Source: an uncultured Verrucomicrobiae bacterium (GTDB taxonomy: Bacteria > Verrucomicrobiota > Verrucomicrobiia > Chthoniobacterales > UBA10450). Taken from it: a stretch of 64,000 nt of DNA. The notes beneath the pieces are model-generated. The model ran no database searches. It worked only from the letters and a program-made list of their open reading frames with translations, and was not told where the DNA came from. Below are positions 52,917 to 63,600 of this stretch, piece after piece. Every line of letters begins with the position of its first letter. Position 1 is the first letter of the stretch. Both the position numbers and the translations under genes were made by a program. The stretch is from positions 640,001 to 704,000 of the forward strand of contig CAWFGO010000002.1 in assembly GCA_963815455.1 (NCBI GenBank), in the 5' to 3' direction.

Positions 52917-53578
52917 AACAGATCGTGATACTGCTCAGTTTTTTTCTGCCCTGGGCGATGCGCCGCTCGTTTCTGGAAAAGCAATTGGGCTACAGGATTC
53001 ATCCGACTTGCCGGATTGGGTTTTCCTGGGTTCTGCCGACTCGCCTGATCATGGAAGAAGGCAGTGCCATCGGTCATCTGACCATGTGCAAAAATATCGA
53101 CCTGCTCCATTTGCACGCCCATGCAACAATCGGCCGCGGTAATTGGATCACCGGGTTTCCCCTCGGCCCCTCGCGCCATTTCGCCCAGGAAAAGGATCGA
53201 CTGCCACAGCTGATCCTGGGCGAACATTCGGCCATCACCCATCGGCATCTGATTGACTGCACCAACTCGGTCATGATCGGCAAGTTCACCACCTTCGCCG
53301 GATTTCAATCACAGATCGTGACTCATAGCATCGACATCGAAAAGAATTGTCAGGCTTCGGCCCCGGTCCGAATTGGCGACTACTGCTTCGTCGGCACAAA
53401 CTGCGTTTTGCTCGGCGGCAGCGCGCTCCCGGATTTTTCGGTGCTCGGCGCGAAATCCTTGTTAAACAAAAGTTTTACCGAATCGTATCAGCTCTACGGC
53501 GGCGTTCCGGCGCGGCCCATCGAGAAATTGTCGCCGGATTGCGCGTATTTTCGGCGGACGGAAGGTTTCGTTATTTAG
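52913..53578 (+). CDS. Hexapeptide-repeat acyltransferase
   Basis: PVRIGDYCFVG, GGVPAR. Confidence 0.85.
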   Translation: MKQIVILLSFFLPWAMRRSFLEKQLGYRIHPTCRIGFSWVLPTRLIMEEGSAIGHLTMCKNIDLLHLHAHATIGRGNWITGFPLGPSRHFAQEKDRLPQLILGEHSAITHRHLIDCTNSVMIGKFTTFAGFQSQIVTHSIDIEKNCQASAPVRIGDYCFVGTNCVLLGGSALPDFSVLGAKSLLNKSFTESYQLYGGVPARPIEKLSPDCAYFRRTEGFVI

Positions 53579-53582
53579 CGTC

Positions 53583-54756
53583 TTGAAGATTTTACAAATG
53601 GCTCACACGCTCGACCCGAGCGTGGGCGGCGTGGCGCCTGCGATGCTCGCTCTCAGCCGCGGGCTGGCCCGGCGCGGCCATAAGCATCGACATCGTCACG
53701 CTGGATGACGAGCCAACCGACGGGCCGCGGTCGGCGCCCGCGGTTACAACCGGCAATTTAACCATTCACGCGCTCGGCCCCGGCCTAACCAGCTATCGGT
53801 ATTCAAACAAACTCTTGCCCTGGCTGCGGCAACACGGCGAGGAATACGATCGCGTGATCGTCAATGGACTCTGGCAATACTTAAGCTTCGCCGCCTGGCG
53901 CCGCTTCCATGGATCGCCCATCCCATATTATGTTTTTCCGCACGGAATGCTCGACCCCTGGTTCAAACGGACTTTCCCGCTTAAACATTTGAAAAAATGG
54001 CTGTATTGGCCGTGGGCTGATTACCGCGTCTTGCGGGACGCGGCCGCGGTGATTTTTACCTCGGAGGAGGAGCGTGTCCAGGCGCGCAAATCTTTCTGGC
54101 TCTACAAATGCCGCGAGCGGATTTCCCCGCTCGGCATCGAGGCATCTGGTCCGATTTCCGCGACGGCAAAAGAAGCTTTCCTGGCCCGTTACCCGCAATT
54201 GCAAGACAGGCGGATTCTCCTTTTTCTTGGCCGGCTCCATCCGAAAAAGGGATGCGATCTTCTCATTGACGCGTTACCGCGCGATCCGGAGAGCAACATT
54301 TCGCTGGTGCTGGCCGGCCCCGATCAGGTCGGCTGGCGCCGGCAGCTGGAACTGCAGGTGGAACGGATCGGCATGTCACGTCGAATCGTCTTCACCGGCA
54401 TGCTCGAGGGAGAAATGAAACAAGGCGCCCTCGCCGCCGCCGATGCTTTCATTCTCCCATCGCATCAGGAGAATTTCGGGATGTCGGTCGTCGAAGCGCT
54501 GGCGGCCGGATTGCCGGTCCTGATTTCCGATCGGGTTAACATCTGGCGCGAGATTGATGCCGATGAAGCCGGGTATGTCGAAAGCGATGATTTAGCCGGA
54601 ACGACGCGTCTGATCGAACGCTGGATGAAGACATCGCCGGAAAAATGCGAACAGATGCGAGCGAATGCGCGCCAATGTTTTTCCAAACGGTTCGAAATTG
54701 AACATGCGGTCGATTCTTTGCTGAAAATTCTGAACGAAGCTCGCTCCCAGGCATGA
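53583..54756 (+). CDS. Glycosyltransferase family 4 (5' frameshift)
   Basis: MKILQMAHTLDPSVGG; PHGMLD, GRLHPKKG, ENFGMSVVEA. Confidence 0.88.
53724..53750 (-). repeat. Single GTAA-hairpin REP inside a GT4 gene
   Basis: GTTGTAA-CCGCGG-GCGCCGA-CCGCGG; resembles the ileS REP arm. Confidence 0.55.
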
Positions 54757-55896
54757 AGATCACGATTGTGAACGGCGCGTTCCTGCCGGTGCCTCCCGTC
54801 ATGGGCGGCGCCATTGAAAAGGTGAGCCTCGCTCTGGCCAACGAATTTGCCCGGCGTGGCAATGAAGTGACCAGTGTCTCTCGCGCTATCCCGCAATTTC
54901 CGCGAGAGGAAATGCGCGACGGCGTGAAATTCGTGCGCGTTCCCGGTTTCGATACTCCACGTTTCCTGCGTCTGGTTGAAATTTCTAGATCTTATCTACT
55001 CGCTTCGAGTGGTTCGCGTTTTACCTGTGGCCGATATCATCGTTACCCACACGTTTTGGCTGCCGATACTGCTTCGAAACACGAAACACGGGCAGGTCTA
55101 TGTCCACGTCGGTCGTTATCCGAAAGGCCAGATGCGGCTCTACCGGCACGTGGCCCGACTACAAGCGATGACCCACGCCCTGGCCCGCGCCATTGCGAAG
55201 GAAGTCCCCGATCTGCAATCGAAAATCTCCGTCATTCCCAACCCGGCGCCTGAACCACAAATCCCGGGCCTGCCGCCCCCACTGGACGCGCGCGAACGGG
55301 AGATTCTTTTTGTCGGTCGCGTTCATCCAGAAAAGGGTGTTCATCTTTTGATTGAAGCTTTTGCGGGCAAGCCGGCTGCTCTGGAAGGCTGGAAACTTGT
55401 GATTGTAGGCCCGGCAGAAATCAAATTTGGCGGCGGTGGCGAACCGTACCTGGCCGATCTTAAGCGGCAGGCAGGAGATGCGCCGGTGGTCTTTCGCGGC
55501 CCGATCTTTGATTCCCTTGAGCTGGAGAAGGAATTCCACCGGGCCCGGGTTTTTGTTTATCCATCACTGGCCGAGTGGGGTGAAACTTTCGGCCTCGCCG
55601 CCGTTGAAGCGATGGCGCATGGTTGCGCCGTCTTTGTCTCCGACCTCGGCTGTTTTCACGATTTTATTCGCGACGGCGAAACCGGCTTCATTTTCGATCA
55701 TCGCGCCAAAAACCCAGCGGAATTGCTCAACCAAAAAATCGCGAACGCCATTGCCGATCCCGCCCTGCTCGCGCGCGTGGCCGAGTCGGGTTATCGTAAA
55801 TCGGCCGACTTTTCGATTTCCAAGGTTGCCGATCAGTTTCTGAACGACTTCAATTCAATTCTATCCAAATCAGATGCCCGAAACCCAAGTCGTTAA
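54753..55896 (+). CDS. Glycosyltransferase family 4 (frameshifted)
   Basis: PPVMGGAIE, GRVHPEKG, ETFGLAAVEAM. Confidence 0.88.
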
Positions 55897-56428
55897 CCCA
55901 GCCCAAACCTCCGCCTACGAATCGCCCTGGTCGGGCTCCGACCGCTTCATGCGCGTGCTATGGGAATTTTGCTGGTTCGTTTTTTGCGCGTGGACGCCCA
56001 AGCCATTGAACGAATGGCGGCTCTTTTGGCTGCGCGTGTTCGACGCCAAGATCGACGGCAAACCATTCGTGCATCAACGCGCCCGGATCGCCATTCCCTG
56101 GAACCTGACGCTGCACGATCACGCCTGTCTGGGCGATCGTGCGAACGCCTACAGCCTTGGTGAAATCGAAATCGGCGCCCGGGCCACGGTCGCCCAGGAA
56201 GCGTATTTGAGCACAGGCAGCCACAATTTCGAACAACCGGGAATGCCGTTAGTAACCGCCAAAATCACCATCGGCGAAGACGCCTTCGTCGGCGCGCGGG
56301 CGTTCGTTATGCCCGGTGTCACCGTTGGCGCGCGCAGCATTGTCGGCGCCTGCTCGGTGGTGACGCACGACGTGCCGGAAAACGTGATCGTGGCCGGCAA
56401 TCCCTGCAAGGTGCTGCGGACGCGATGA
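55874..56428 (+). CDS. wcaF: WcaF-like acetyltransferase
   Basis: WRLFWLRVF, PWNL, TGSH, AGNP. Confidence 0.85.
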   Translation: MPETQVVNPAQTSAYESPWSGSDRFMRVLWEFCWFVFCAWTPKPLNEWRLFWLRVFDAKIDGKPFVHQRARIAIPWNLTLHDHACLGDRANAYSLGEIEIGARATVAQEAYLSTGSHNFEQPGMPLVTAKITIGEDAFVGARAFVMPGVTVGARSIVGACSVVTHDVPENVIVAGNPCKVLRTR

Positions 56429-57274
56429 CTTCGCGCGTTCCGGTTTCAGTCCTGGTTCCGATCAAAAACGAGGCGGCGAACCTGCCGCGTTGTCTCGACT
56501 CGGTGAAATGGGCTGACGAAATCTTCGTGGTCGATTCGAAGAGCATGGATGGTTCCATCGACATCGCCCGGAAAAATGGCGCGGCCGTTGTTCAATTCGA
56601 GTTCAACGGGACCTGGCCGAAGAAAAAGAATTGGGCGCTCGAAAATCTTCCTTTCAAGAACGAATGGGTTTTCATTCTCGACGCCGATGAGGTTCTGCCT
56701 CCGGAAGCAGAGATCGAATTTGCCAGCGCAATCAAAAATGCCGGGGCCATTGCCGGTTATTGGATTAATCGCCATTTCATCTTCCTCGGCACGAAAATTG
56801 CGGCACGCTTATTATCCAAATTGGAATCTCCGCCTGTTCCGGCATGCGCTCGGCCGCTACGAGAAGCTCACGTCGGCGGAGACAGCGAGCGGTGACAACG
56901 AAGTGCACGAACACGTGATCGTGAACGGTCCGACGGCGAGGTTGCAATGCGAGATGGAACATCACGCCTTTCCGTCAGTCGATGTTTTCATGGAAAAACA
57001 TCAGCGTTACTCGAACTGGGAAGCCCGCGTGGCGGTCGCAGGCGAACCGGCGGAAGACCTCGCCCATGAACATGTCGATCTTAAACGGCGGCTAAAAAGA
57101 ATTTCGCAACGGCTGCCCTTTCGACCCCTGCTGCGGTTCCTCTACATTTACATTTGGCAAAAAGGATTTCTCGACGGGCGCGACGGGTATTACTTCGCCC
57201 GACTCCACGCCGTTTACGAATTTCTTTCCGTCGCCAAAACTTATGAGTTGCGGCGACGCGCCGGACGCGACTGA
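56425..57274 (+). CDS. Glycosyltransferase family 2 (frameshifted)
   Basis: PIKNE, VDSKSMDGS, LDADE; VHEH, GFLDG. Confidence 0.88.
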
Positions 57275-58491
57275 TGCGGATCGTTGTCTGGGGAATTAAT
57301 TACGCGCCCGAGATCACCGGGATCGCGCCGCACAATGTCGCGCTTTGCGAGTTTTTGCGCGGACACGCCGTCGAAGTCGAGATGGTGACGACGTTCGCCT
57401 ACTACCCGGCCTGGCGAAAACGCGACGAAGATCGACATCGGCTTTATCGCACGGATGTAATCAACGGCGTGCCGGTTCACCGTTGCTGGCATTTTGTCCC
57501 GCGAGCGGTTTCTGCCTGGAAACGGATCATACACGAAGGCACATTCATCGTTACATCGACCTTGTGCATCCTGTCGCTCGACCGAGCCGATGTTTATGTT
57601 GTCGCTTCGCCGCCTCTGCTTCTCGGCGCAGCGGCGTGGTTCGTCACCAGATTCAAGCGCGCGCCATTTGTCTTTCATGTCCAGGATTTGCAACCGGACG
57701 CGGCCGTCGGTCTCGGAATGCTTAAAGCGGGCTGGTTCACCCGAGCGCTTTATTGGCTCGAGGCCCTTGCCTACAAAAAAGCGACGCGCGTTTCCGGGAT
57801 CAGCGAAGAGATTGTCGATGCTTTCCGGCGCAAAGGCGTGCCGGAAGAAAAGTTGATCTTGTTTCCAAATGGGGTCGCGATTCCAAAAGAATTTCCACCG
57901 CGAGGCAGATTCCGCGAGAAACAGGGGTTCGCTTCCGATGAGTTTCTCGCGATTTACGCCGGCAATCTTGGAGTCAAACAAGGACTGGAAATTCTACTCG
58001 ATGCCGCCGAACAATTTCAGAACGATCGAATCCGCATTGTGCTGTGTGGCGACGGCGCCGCCCGCCCGGCGCTGGAGAAAAACCTGGAGGATCGACATCT
58101 CACCAATGTGACGATGCTGCCGCTGCACTTTGGCCGGGATTATCAGGAATTGCTCGTGGATGCGGACGTCTCGCTCATCACGCAACAAAGCGGCTCAGGG
58201 AACGCATTTTTTCCCAGCAAACTTCTGGTCACGCTCGCCCATTCGAGTCCGGTTGTTACCGTGGCCGACGAGGAAAGCGCGCTGGCTCGTGCTGTCGAGC
58301 AAGGCGGATTTGGCCGAAATGTCCTTCCCGGTAAGCCCGGAGAGTTGGCGAAAGCCTTAAGCGACCTGGCCCAGGATCGACAACGGTTGCGCGACTGGGG
58401 CCAGGCCGGCCGCGTTTATGTCGAACGGTTCGAGCAAAAGCGATTGCACGAACAGTTCGCGAAAGAGATTGAAGCGCTGGCCCGAGGATGA
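57274..58491 (+). CDS. wcaI: WcaI-like GT4 glycosyltransferase
   Basis: GINYAPEITGI, YYPAW, HVQDLQPDAA, GNLGVKQG, PSKL. Confidence 0.88.
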   Translation: MRIVVWGINYAPEITGIAPHNVALCEFLRGHAVEVEMVTTFAYYPAWRKRDEDRHRLYRTDVINGVPVHRCWHFVPRAVSAWKRIIHEGTFIVTSTLCILSLDRADVYVVASPPLLLGAAAWFVTRFKRAPFVFHVQDLQPDAAVGLGMLKAGWFTRALYWLEALAYKKATRVSGISEEIVDAFRRKGVPEEKLILFPNGVAIPKEFPPRGRFREKQGFASDEFLAIYAGNLGVKQGLEILLDAAEQFQNDRIRIVLCGDGAARPALEKNLEDRHLTNVTMLPLHFGRDYQELLVDADVSLITQQSGSGNAFFPSKLLVTLAHSSPVVTVADEESALARAVEQGGFGRNVLPGKPGELAKALSDLAQDRQRLRDWGQAGRVYVERFEQKRLHEQFAKEIEALARG

Positions 58492-58577
58492 GGTGGATCG
58501 GTCGCTCCGCGAGCGATGGTAAGACGAATTGCGCTTGGCGCCACTATATCATCGCCCGCGGAGCGGCCGATCCACCT
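58491..58577. repeat. Inverted GTGG-REP pair 5' of RAYT
   Basis: AGGTGGATCGGTCGCTCCGCGAGCGATG (58491-58518) and inverted copy (58550-58577). Confidence 0.92.
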
Positions 58578-58610
58578 TGCCATTTTCACGGCACGTTTGC
58601 ACGATCGCGC

Positions 58611-59072
58611 GTGCCATATCGCGGATTTCCAGCCAAGCTGCATCATGAGGTTCCGGGCTGGGTCGAGTCCGGTGCAATATTTCATATTCGCATGGCTCTC
58701 GATCATGAGAAAAAACAGCGATCGCTCGTTGCGCCCTCTCTGGCAGCGGCGTTACTCGATTCCGCGCGATTCTATGAATCGAAGGGACGTTGGTACATCA
58801 CGATCTTCATGCTAATGCCAGATCACATTCACGCACTTCTGTCCTTCAGAAGCGATCAGGCAATGAGTCGCATAATTGGCGATTGGAAGCATTTTCACGC
58901 AGCCAACAACTCAGTGAAATGGCAGGAAGGATATTTCGATCATCGCTTGCGTGATGACGAGCGGGGCGAACAGCTCTCTGCGAAAATCGAATATATTCGC
59001 CAAAATCCGGTAGCCGCCAGATTGTGCGCAAGGACTGACGATTGGCCGTGGAGGATTGACCCGTTCGCATAG
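58611..59072 (+). mobile_element. REP-associated tyrosine transposase (RAYT, HUH/Y1)
   Basis: MPDHIH, WQEGYFDH, YIRQNPV; flanked by four REPs; start estimated at GTG 58611. Confidence 0.93.
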
Positions 59073-59155
59073 GTGGATCGGTCGCTCCGCGGGCGATGAC
59101 AAAAGATCGGCTCCGCCGCCAAAGTAGCATCGAGCGACGGAGCGCTCGATCCACC
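59071..59155. repeat. Inverted GTGG-REP pair 3' of RAYT
   Basis: AGGTGGATCGGTCGCTCCGCGGGCGATG (59071-59098) and degenerate inverted copy (59128-59155). Confidence 0.9.
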
Positions 59156-59167
59156 AGCCATCGCTGG

Positions 59168-60565
59168 CTAGTACGCCGTTCGCGGTGGAAACATTAGTTG
59201 CGCGAATGTGCGCAGGATGATTCCGCACTCGAGAGAGAGATTCCAGTTTTCCAGATATTCGAGGTCGCACGCGACTCGATTCTCGATGTCGGCGCTGTTT
59301 CGCGCTTCGCCGCGAAATCCGCGCACCTGGGCGAGACCGGTGATGCCTGGCTTCACAAAAGCTCGGACGTGATAACTTGCCAGCAGGGTTGAGAATTGGT
59401 TGTTATGTTCGACCAGATGCGGGCGCGGTCCGACAATGCTCATGTCGCCGCGCAGCACGTTCCAAAATTGCGGCACCTCGTCGATGCTCAGTTTGCGGAA
59501 CCATCTCGCAAGCGGGTACACGCGCTCATCGTTATCGCTCGCCTGTCGCGCGACCTCGGAGTGATCGGGCCGCATGGTGCGGAACTTGTAGATCGTAAAT
59601 TGCCGGTTTTGCATGCCGGCCCGGACTTGTTTGTGAAAAAGCGGACCGGGCGATTGGAGCCGTTGAGCAATCCAAACGACGATCGCCAGCACCGGAAAGA
59701 CAAACAGCATCACCGGAAGCGCGATGACGAGATCGATCGCGCGCTTGAAGAAACGGTTGAGCGGATTCTCGAGCGGCTCTTCCCGAAGACCGATGAACCG
59801 AAAACCGTCATCCTCAAAATGGGTGATCGAGTGACGCAGCTTCTCCTCCAGATCGCTGACAATAAGCAGCCGGATGCCGAGCTGGTCGCAGGCGTGAATA
59901 ACATTGCGATCCATTTCGGTAAGGGGAAACTCCAGGAGAATCACCTGGGTGATCCCCCGCTCCCGAACAATTTTCTCGAGATCGTTGGATGCGCCGAGAA
60001 CCGGAATCCCGTCGTGGATCTTTTCGGTTGGCTCATCGCAAATGAGGCCAACGGCATGAAGCCCGATTTTGTTCTTACGGCGGAGCCACTCGCCGAGCTG
60101 AGTCGCCTTTCGAATGGAACCGACAAGGAGCGTTTTTTCTTCTCGCTTAAAAAACGTCCGGGCCAGGATCGACGGAAAATAATGGTGGGAGAAAAGCAAC
60201 CCGACGTAAAGCCACGGAACAAAGTTGAAGAAAAATATTCGAGAGATGAAAGCGTCCTTGGTGGCGATCAGGTACAACACCAGGGTCCCGGTGCTGGCGA
60301 TGGTTTGCCGAAGACTAAGGCGATGCTGCCGGAGCAGTTCGTTTTGCAGAAAATAGTTTTTCGAACCATCGCGGCTGAGCGATTCCAAAAACATGCCGAG
60401 CACGAGCATCGCGCAGTAAATGCTGTAACGGCGCCAGGTCAGTTCCGCACCCGGCGAATAGAAAGTGACCATGATCCAGACGCCGGTCCAGAAGAGCAGA
60501 GCGACCAGGATGATCTGGCAGAACAGGAAAAGGCGGTACAAACCTTCCGTGCGTTGTGTGACCAT
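59168..60565 (-). CDS. wcaJ: Polyprenyl glycosylphosphotransferase, WcaJ-like priming enzyme
   Basis: KRAIDL, KFRTM, SIDEVPQFWNVLRGDMSIVGPRP, KPGITGLAQV. Confidence 0.92.
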   Translation of the reverse strand: MVTQRTEGLYRLFLFCQIILVALLFWTGVWIMVTFYSPGAELTWRRYSIYCAMLVLGMFLESLSRDGSKNYFLQNELLRQHRLSLRQTIASTGTLVLYLIATKDAFISRIFFFNFVPWLYVGLLFSHHYFPSILARTFFKREEKTLLVGSIRKATQLGEWLRRKNKIGLHAVGLICDEPTEKIHDGIPVLGASNDLEKIVRERGITQVILLEFPLTEMDRNVIHACDQLGIRLLIVSDLEEKLRHSITHFEDDGFRFIGLREEPLENPLNRFFKRAIDLVIALPVMLFVFPVLAIVVWIAQRLQSPGPLFHKQVRAGMQNRQFTIYKFRTMRPDHSEVARQASDNDERVYPLARWFRKLSIDEVPQFWNVLRGDMSIVGPRPHLVEHNNQFSTLLASYHVRAFVKPGITGLAQVRGFRGEARNSADIENRVACDLEYLENWNLSLECGIILRTFAQLMFPPRTAY

Positions 60566-60717
60566 GACTATTGCGCTCCGAGCGAACTGAGAGTACGCGA
60601 TGGCTGCGCGGCTTCAACTCGTGCTAAACTGTGAGCGAACATGGGATACGCACCGCAGAAAGCCATGCGCGCCAGTCTAATTAGCTATTCTCATACCATG
60701 GTAATCCACTTCAGCTG

Positions 60718-63090
60718 ATGCGAGACCCGGCGCACTCTTCCCGCCTCCAGCGCAGGCGGGCAATCTCGGCCGGCCAATGGGCCGGGAGCGGCTTGATTGC
60801 TCTCTTGCCAGTCCTGGCTTCTTTCCTCGGCGGTGGGTCGCCAAAATGGGCCGAAGGAATCGTGCTCGGGCTGCTGGGATTATTGTTGCTCGTCCGGCCG
60901 CCGCGAGCATCGCTCGGCCTGTTAACGAATTGTGTGCTGGTCGCGCTCGTTGCTTTGGCAGGCATTGCATTTCTGCCGGCTGATTGGTTCTTTGTGCCAG
61001 CCTGGCGTCACGCGGTGTTGAATGATTTTGACATCCACCTGCCGCCGACCCTTGGTCCGCAACCCTGGCTCACCGCGGGTTGTCTGGTCAGTCTGGTGGC
61101 GGGCGTCGCCTGGCTCTATGTCGTGAGCACGCAGGAAATCGGGCTTCGCTCCGCCCGGTTCCAACTGCGGCTCTTCGTAGTGGGCATCGTGTTCCTGGCG
61201 GCTTTATGCATTGCCATGTACTGGGCGCATGCCGCCTTTCCTTTTTGGAAAAATGAGCGTGGCTTCGGGCCGTTCCCGAATCGAAATCATACGGCCGATC
61301 TTTTCGGCGTCGCTGCGATCATGCTTCTGGCTTGTGGACAGGACGATCTTCGGCACGGCCGGAAAACCTGGCTGCTCTGGCTGGCCGGTCTGGTCATCTT
61401 GATCGGCGCGATCATTCTGGATTATTCGCGGGCCGGGATCGGTATTTTAGTAGGCGGAAGCGCTCTCTGGATCGGCACGGTGGCAGTGCGGCAGCGATCT
61501 CCCGCCCGGCTGGCGCTCGGTCTTTCGTTTCTCCTGATCCTGGCAACGGCGCTCCTGCTTTTCGGCGGACAAACTCTGGAACGTTTTCATCTCCGCGGCC
61601 TCGAGGGGCCCGGCATTTCGACCGATTTTCGCTGGCGGATATTTCACGATGCCTTCCAGCTGATCCGTTCCTCGCCGTGGTGCGGGATTGGATTGGGAAA
61701 TTTCGATTCCGTGTTCGCGATCTTTCGCGCGGCATCGCTCGGCAATACCCGCGCGCTTCATCCGGAGAGCGATTGGATTTGGTTGTGGGCCGAGCTCGGC
61801 TGGCCGGCGGTTGCGTTTGCCATTGTCGGGGCCGTGCTTCTGGTTCGCCGTGTCTTCCCGTTGCGAGAAGGAACCAATCAGCGCTTTCGCCTGGCCGCGA
61901 TCATCGGCGCACTCATCGTGGCGGCTCACGGGCTTGTCGATGTTCCCGGCCACAAGATTGGAACAGCGTTCTCAGGAATTTTCCTGCTCGGCCTGGCCTT
62001 GCATCGGCCGCTCAATTTAAAGGCAAGCCGCCTTGCTCCGGTGGTTTTTCGTCTGATCGGACTCATCCTGCTGGCCAGCGGGATCGCCTGGACGTTTGCG
62101 GGAAATAGAATGCTGCTGCCCGGATCGTCCGGGGTGGATCGGGCTCAACACCTGGCCGAAATTTCGACCCGAGGTCGCAATTTCACCGAGACGATCGCTC
62201 TGACCTCGCGCGCGCTGGAATGGGAGCCTCTCAATTGGCAGCTTTATTTCCTGCGTGCCATCGGAGAAGTGGGATCGAGGCAGCCGGCGAAAGCGCTCGA
62301 AGATTTCCGGCGCGCTCGTTTTCTCGAGCCAAACGCCTATGAGGTTCCGCTGGCTGAGGGCAACGTCTGGATGTCATCGAATCCGATTTTGGCGACAACG
62401 GCGTGGCGAGAAGCGTTGCGTCGGGCCGGCAAAGAAAGGACCAATGTTTACAACGTTATTCTGAGGAACGCGCCCAAGAACAACGAGGTTATCGGGCGTC
62501 TCCTGGAGGAGACCGCGCTGCGTCAGCCCGACCTGACGCTGGCTTACCTGGGCGAAGTTTCCGGCCCGAGCTTTAATCAAACTCTCGCGCGTTTCTTGAA
62601 AGGCGACCCCGATTTGAAGTCGTTGAGCGAGCCGCAAAAAATAGCCCTCTTCGCCATGTGGTCGAGCAAGGGCCATCCGGAAGAGCTGGCCCGCGCGGTC
62701 GAACAGCATCCCGATTGGCTCCAGTACGCCTGGCTCGGCATGGCCAAATATCACGCGAGCAAAAACGAGTTTCGCGCCGCTTACGAATTGACCCAACGCT
62801 ACGGCGAGCCCGTGGCGTTCCCGCGGGTCACCGAAGCCGGCCCCTTCGAAGAACTCAAAAAACGTTTCGCCGTCGCGCCAGACAACTACGGAGTGGGTTA
62901 TGCGCTTTTTCACGAGCAAATGAAACGCGGCCTCGTTACCGACGCGCTCGTGACGATAAGACGCTTTAACGAACGCGGAAACGCCCCGCCGTACTTTCGG
63001 TTCCTGGAAGCGCAGAGTTGGGCTGCCCAGGGAGACTGGGAACACGCCTGGAACGCCTGGCTTGCCTACCGGGAGGCTGCCCGCCGGTAG
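60718..63090 (+). CDS. O-antigen ligase family membrane protein with TPR-like C-terminus
   Basis: GPFPNRNH, SRAG, GIGLGNF, HPESDW. Confidence 0.85.
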   Translation: MRDPAHSSRLQRRRAISAGQWAGSGLIALLPVLASFLGGGSPKWAEGIVLGLLGLLLLVRPPRASLGLLTNCVLVALVALAGIAFLPADWFFVPAWRHAVLNDFDIHLPPTLGPQPWLTAGCLVSLVAGVAWLYVVSTQEIGLRSARFQLRLFVVGIVFLAALCIAMYWAHAAFPFWKNERGFGPFPNRNHTADLFGVAAIMLLACGQDDLRHGRKTWLLWLAGLVILIGAIILDYSRAGIGILVGGSALWIGTVAVRQRSPARLALGLSFLLILATALLLFGGQTLERFHLRGLEGPGISTDFRWRIFHDAFQLIRSSPWCGIGLGNFDSVFAIFRAASLGNTRALHPESDWIWLWAELGWPAVAFAIVGAVLLVRRVFPLREGTNQRFRLAAIIGALIVAAHGLVDVPGHKIGTAFSGIFLLGLALHRPLNLKASRLAPVVFRLIGLILLASGIAWTFAGNRMLLPGSSGVDRAQHLAEISTRGRNFTETIALTSRALEWEPLNWQLYFLRAIGEVGSRQPAKALEDFRRARFLEPNAYEVPLAEGNVWMSSNPILATTAWREALRRAGKERTNVYNVILRNAPKNNEVIGRLLEETALRQPDLTLAYLGEVSGPSFNQTLARFLKGDPDLKSLSEPQKIALFAMWSSKGHPEELARAVEQHPDWLQYAWLGMAKYHASKNEFRAAYELTQRYGEPVAFPRVTEAGPFEELKKRFAVAPDNYGVGYALFHEQMKRGLVTDALVTIRRFNERGNAPPYFRFLEAQSWAAQGDWEHAWNAWLAYREAARR

Positions 63091-63105
63091 GTTTTACGCG
63101 AACGA

Positions 63106-63600
63106 ATGACCGAACATCGCCATCCCGGTCGCCGCCGTTGGCTGGTCTTTACGATTGGTTATTCCCTCGGGGCTCTGTTTCTCGCCGCTTTTATTTTAAT
63201 CGGCGGCCGCGAGCTATGGACGAGCGGCCAGGGAAAATTCATCGCCCCGGGTCGGTCTGCCTCCGTCGATGCTCATCTGCAAACGCTCCTTGGAGTTCAA
63301 AACGCCTCTGAGAAATGCCTCGCGGCAATGACCAAAGTGCGGAGCCCAAAGCCTGTCGTCTTTGTTTGCCCTCGGGACGATGCGGCCGGCGATTTCATCT
63401 ATTACCTGCTCGCCTACTTAACCTGGCCGCAAAAGATAGAAAAAATCGACATCGATGACGCGCAACTGAGTTCGAAAGACTTTGATCGCACCGCAAAATC
63501 GGCGTTCGTATTTTTCAAGGTGTCACCGCCGCCCGGTTTGACCCGGGGTTGGCCGATCGGTTCGAGTCTTTTGATCGTGCCGCTCGAACCCACGCCATGA
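63106..63600 (+). CDS. Hypothetical membrane-anchored protein
   Basis: N-terminal TM helix; overlaps the next gene by 4 nt. Confidence 0.6.
   Translation: MTEHRHPGRRRWLVFTIGYSLGALFLAAFILIGGRELWTSGQGKFIAPGRSASVDAHLQTLLGVQNASEKCLAAMTKVRSPKPVVFVCPRDDAAGDFIYYLLAYLTWPQKIEKIDIDDAQLSSKDFDRTAKSAFVFFKVSPPPGLTRGWPIGSSLLIVPLEPTP

Noticed and set aside
1931..57274. Many frameshifted genes (TonB receptor, kinase, gcvP, MTase, several GTs) read as pseudogenes or programmed frameshifts
   Set aside because: Scattered 1-nt indels in otherwise well-conserved genes of all classes fit long-read consensus error better; read-level polishing is needed.
58488..58610. N-terminal extension of the RAYT ORF
   Set aside because: It merely reads through the REP pair; GTG 58611 is a more plausible start.
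58491..59155. 28-nt repeats with ~30-nt spacers resembling a mini-CRISPR
   Set aside because: Copies are inverted, flank a RAYT, and no cas genes are present.
59396..60634. Long antisense ORFs (412 aa here; also 15580..16557, 31765..32712)
   Set aside because: Shadows of well-supported genes on the opposite strand in GC-rich DNA, with no recognisable motifs.
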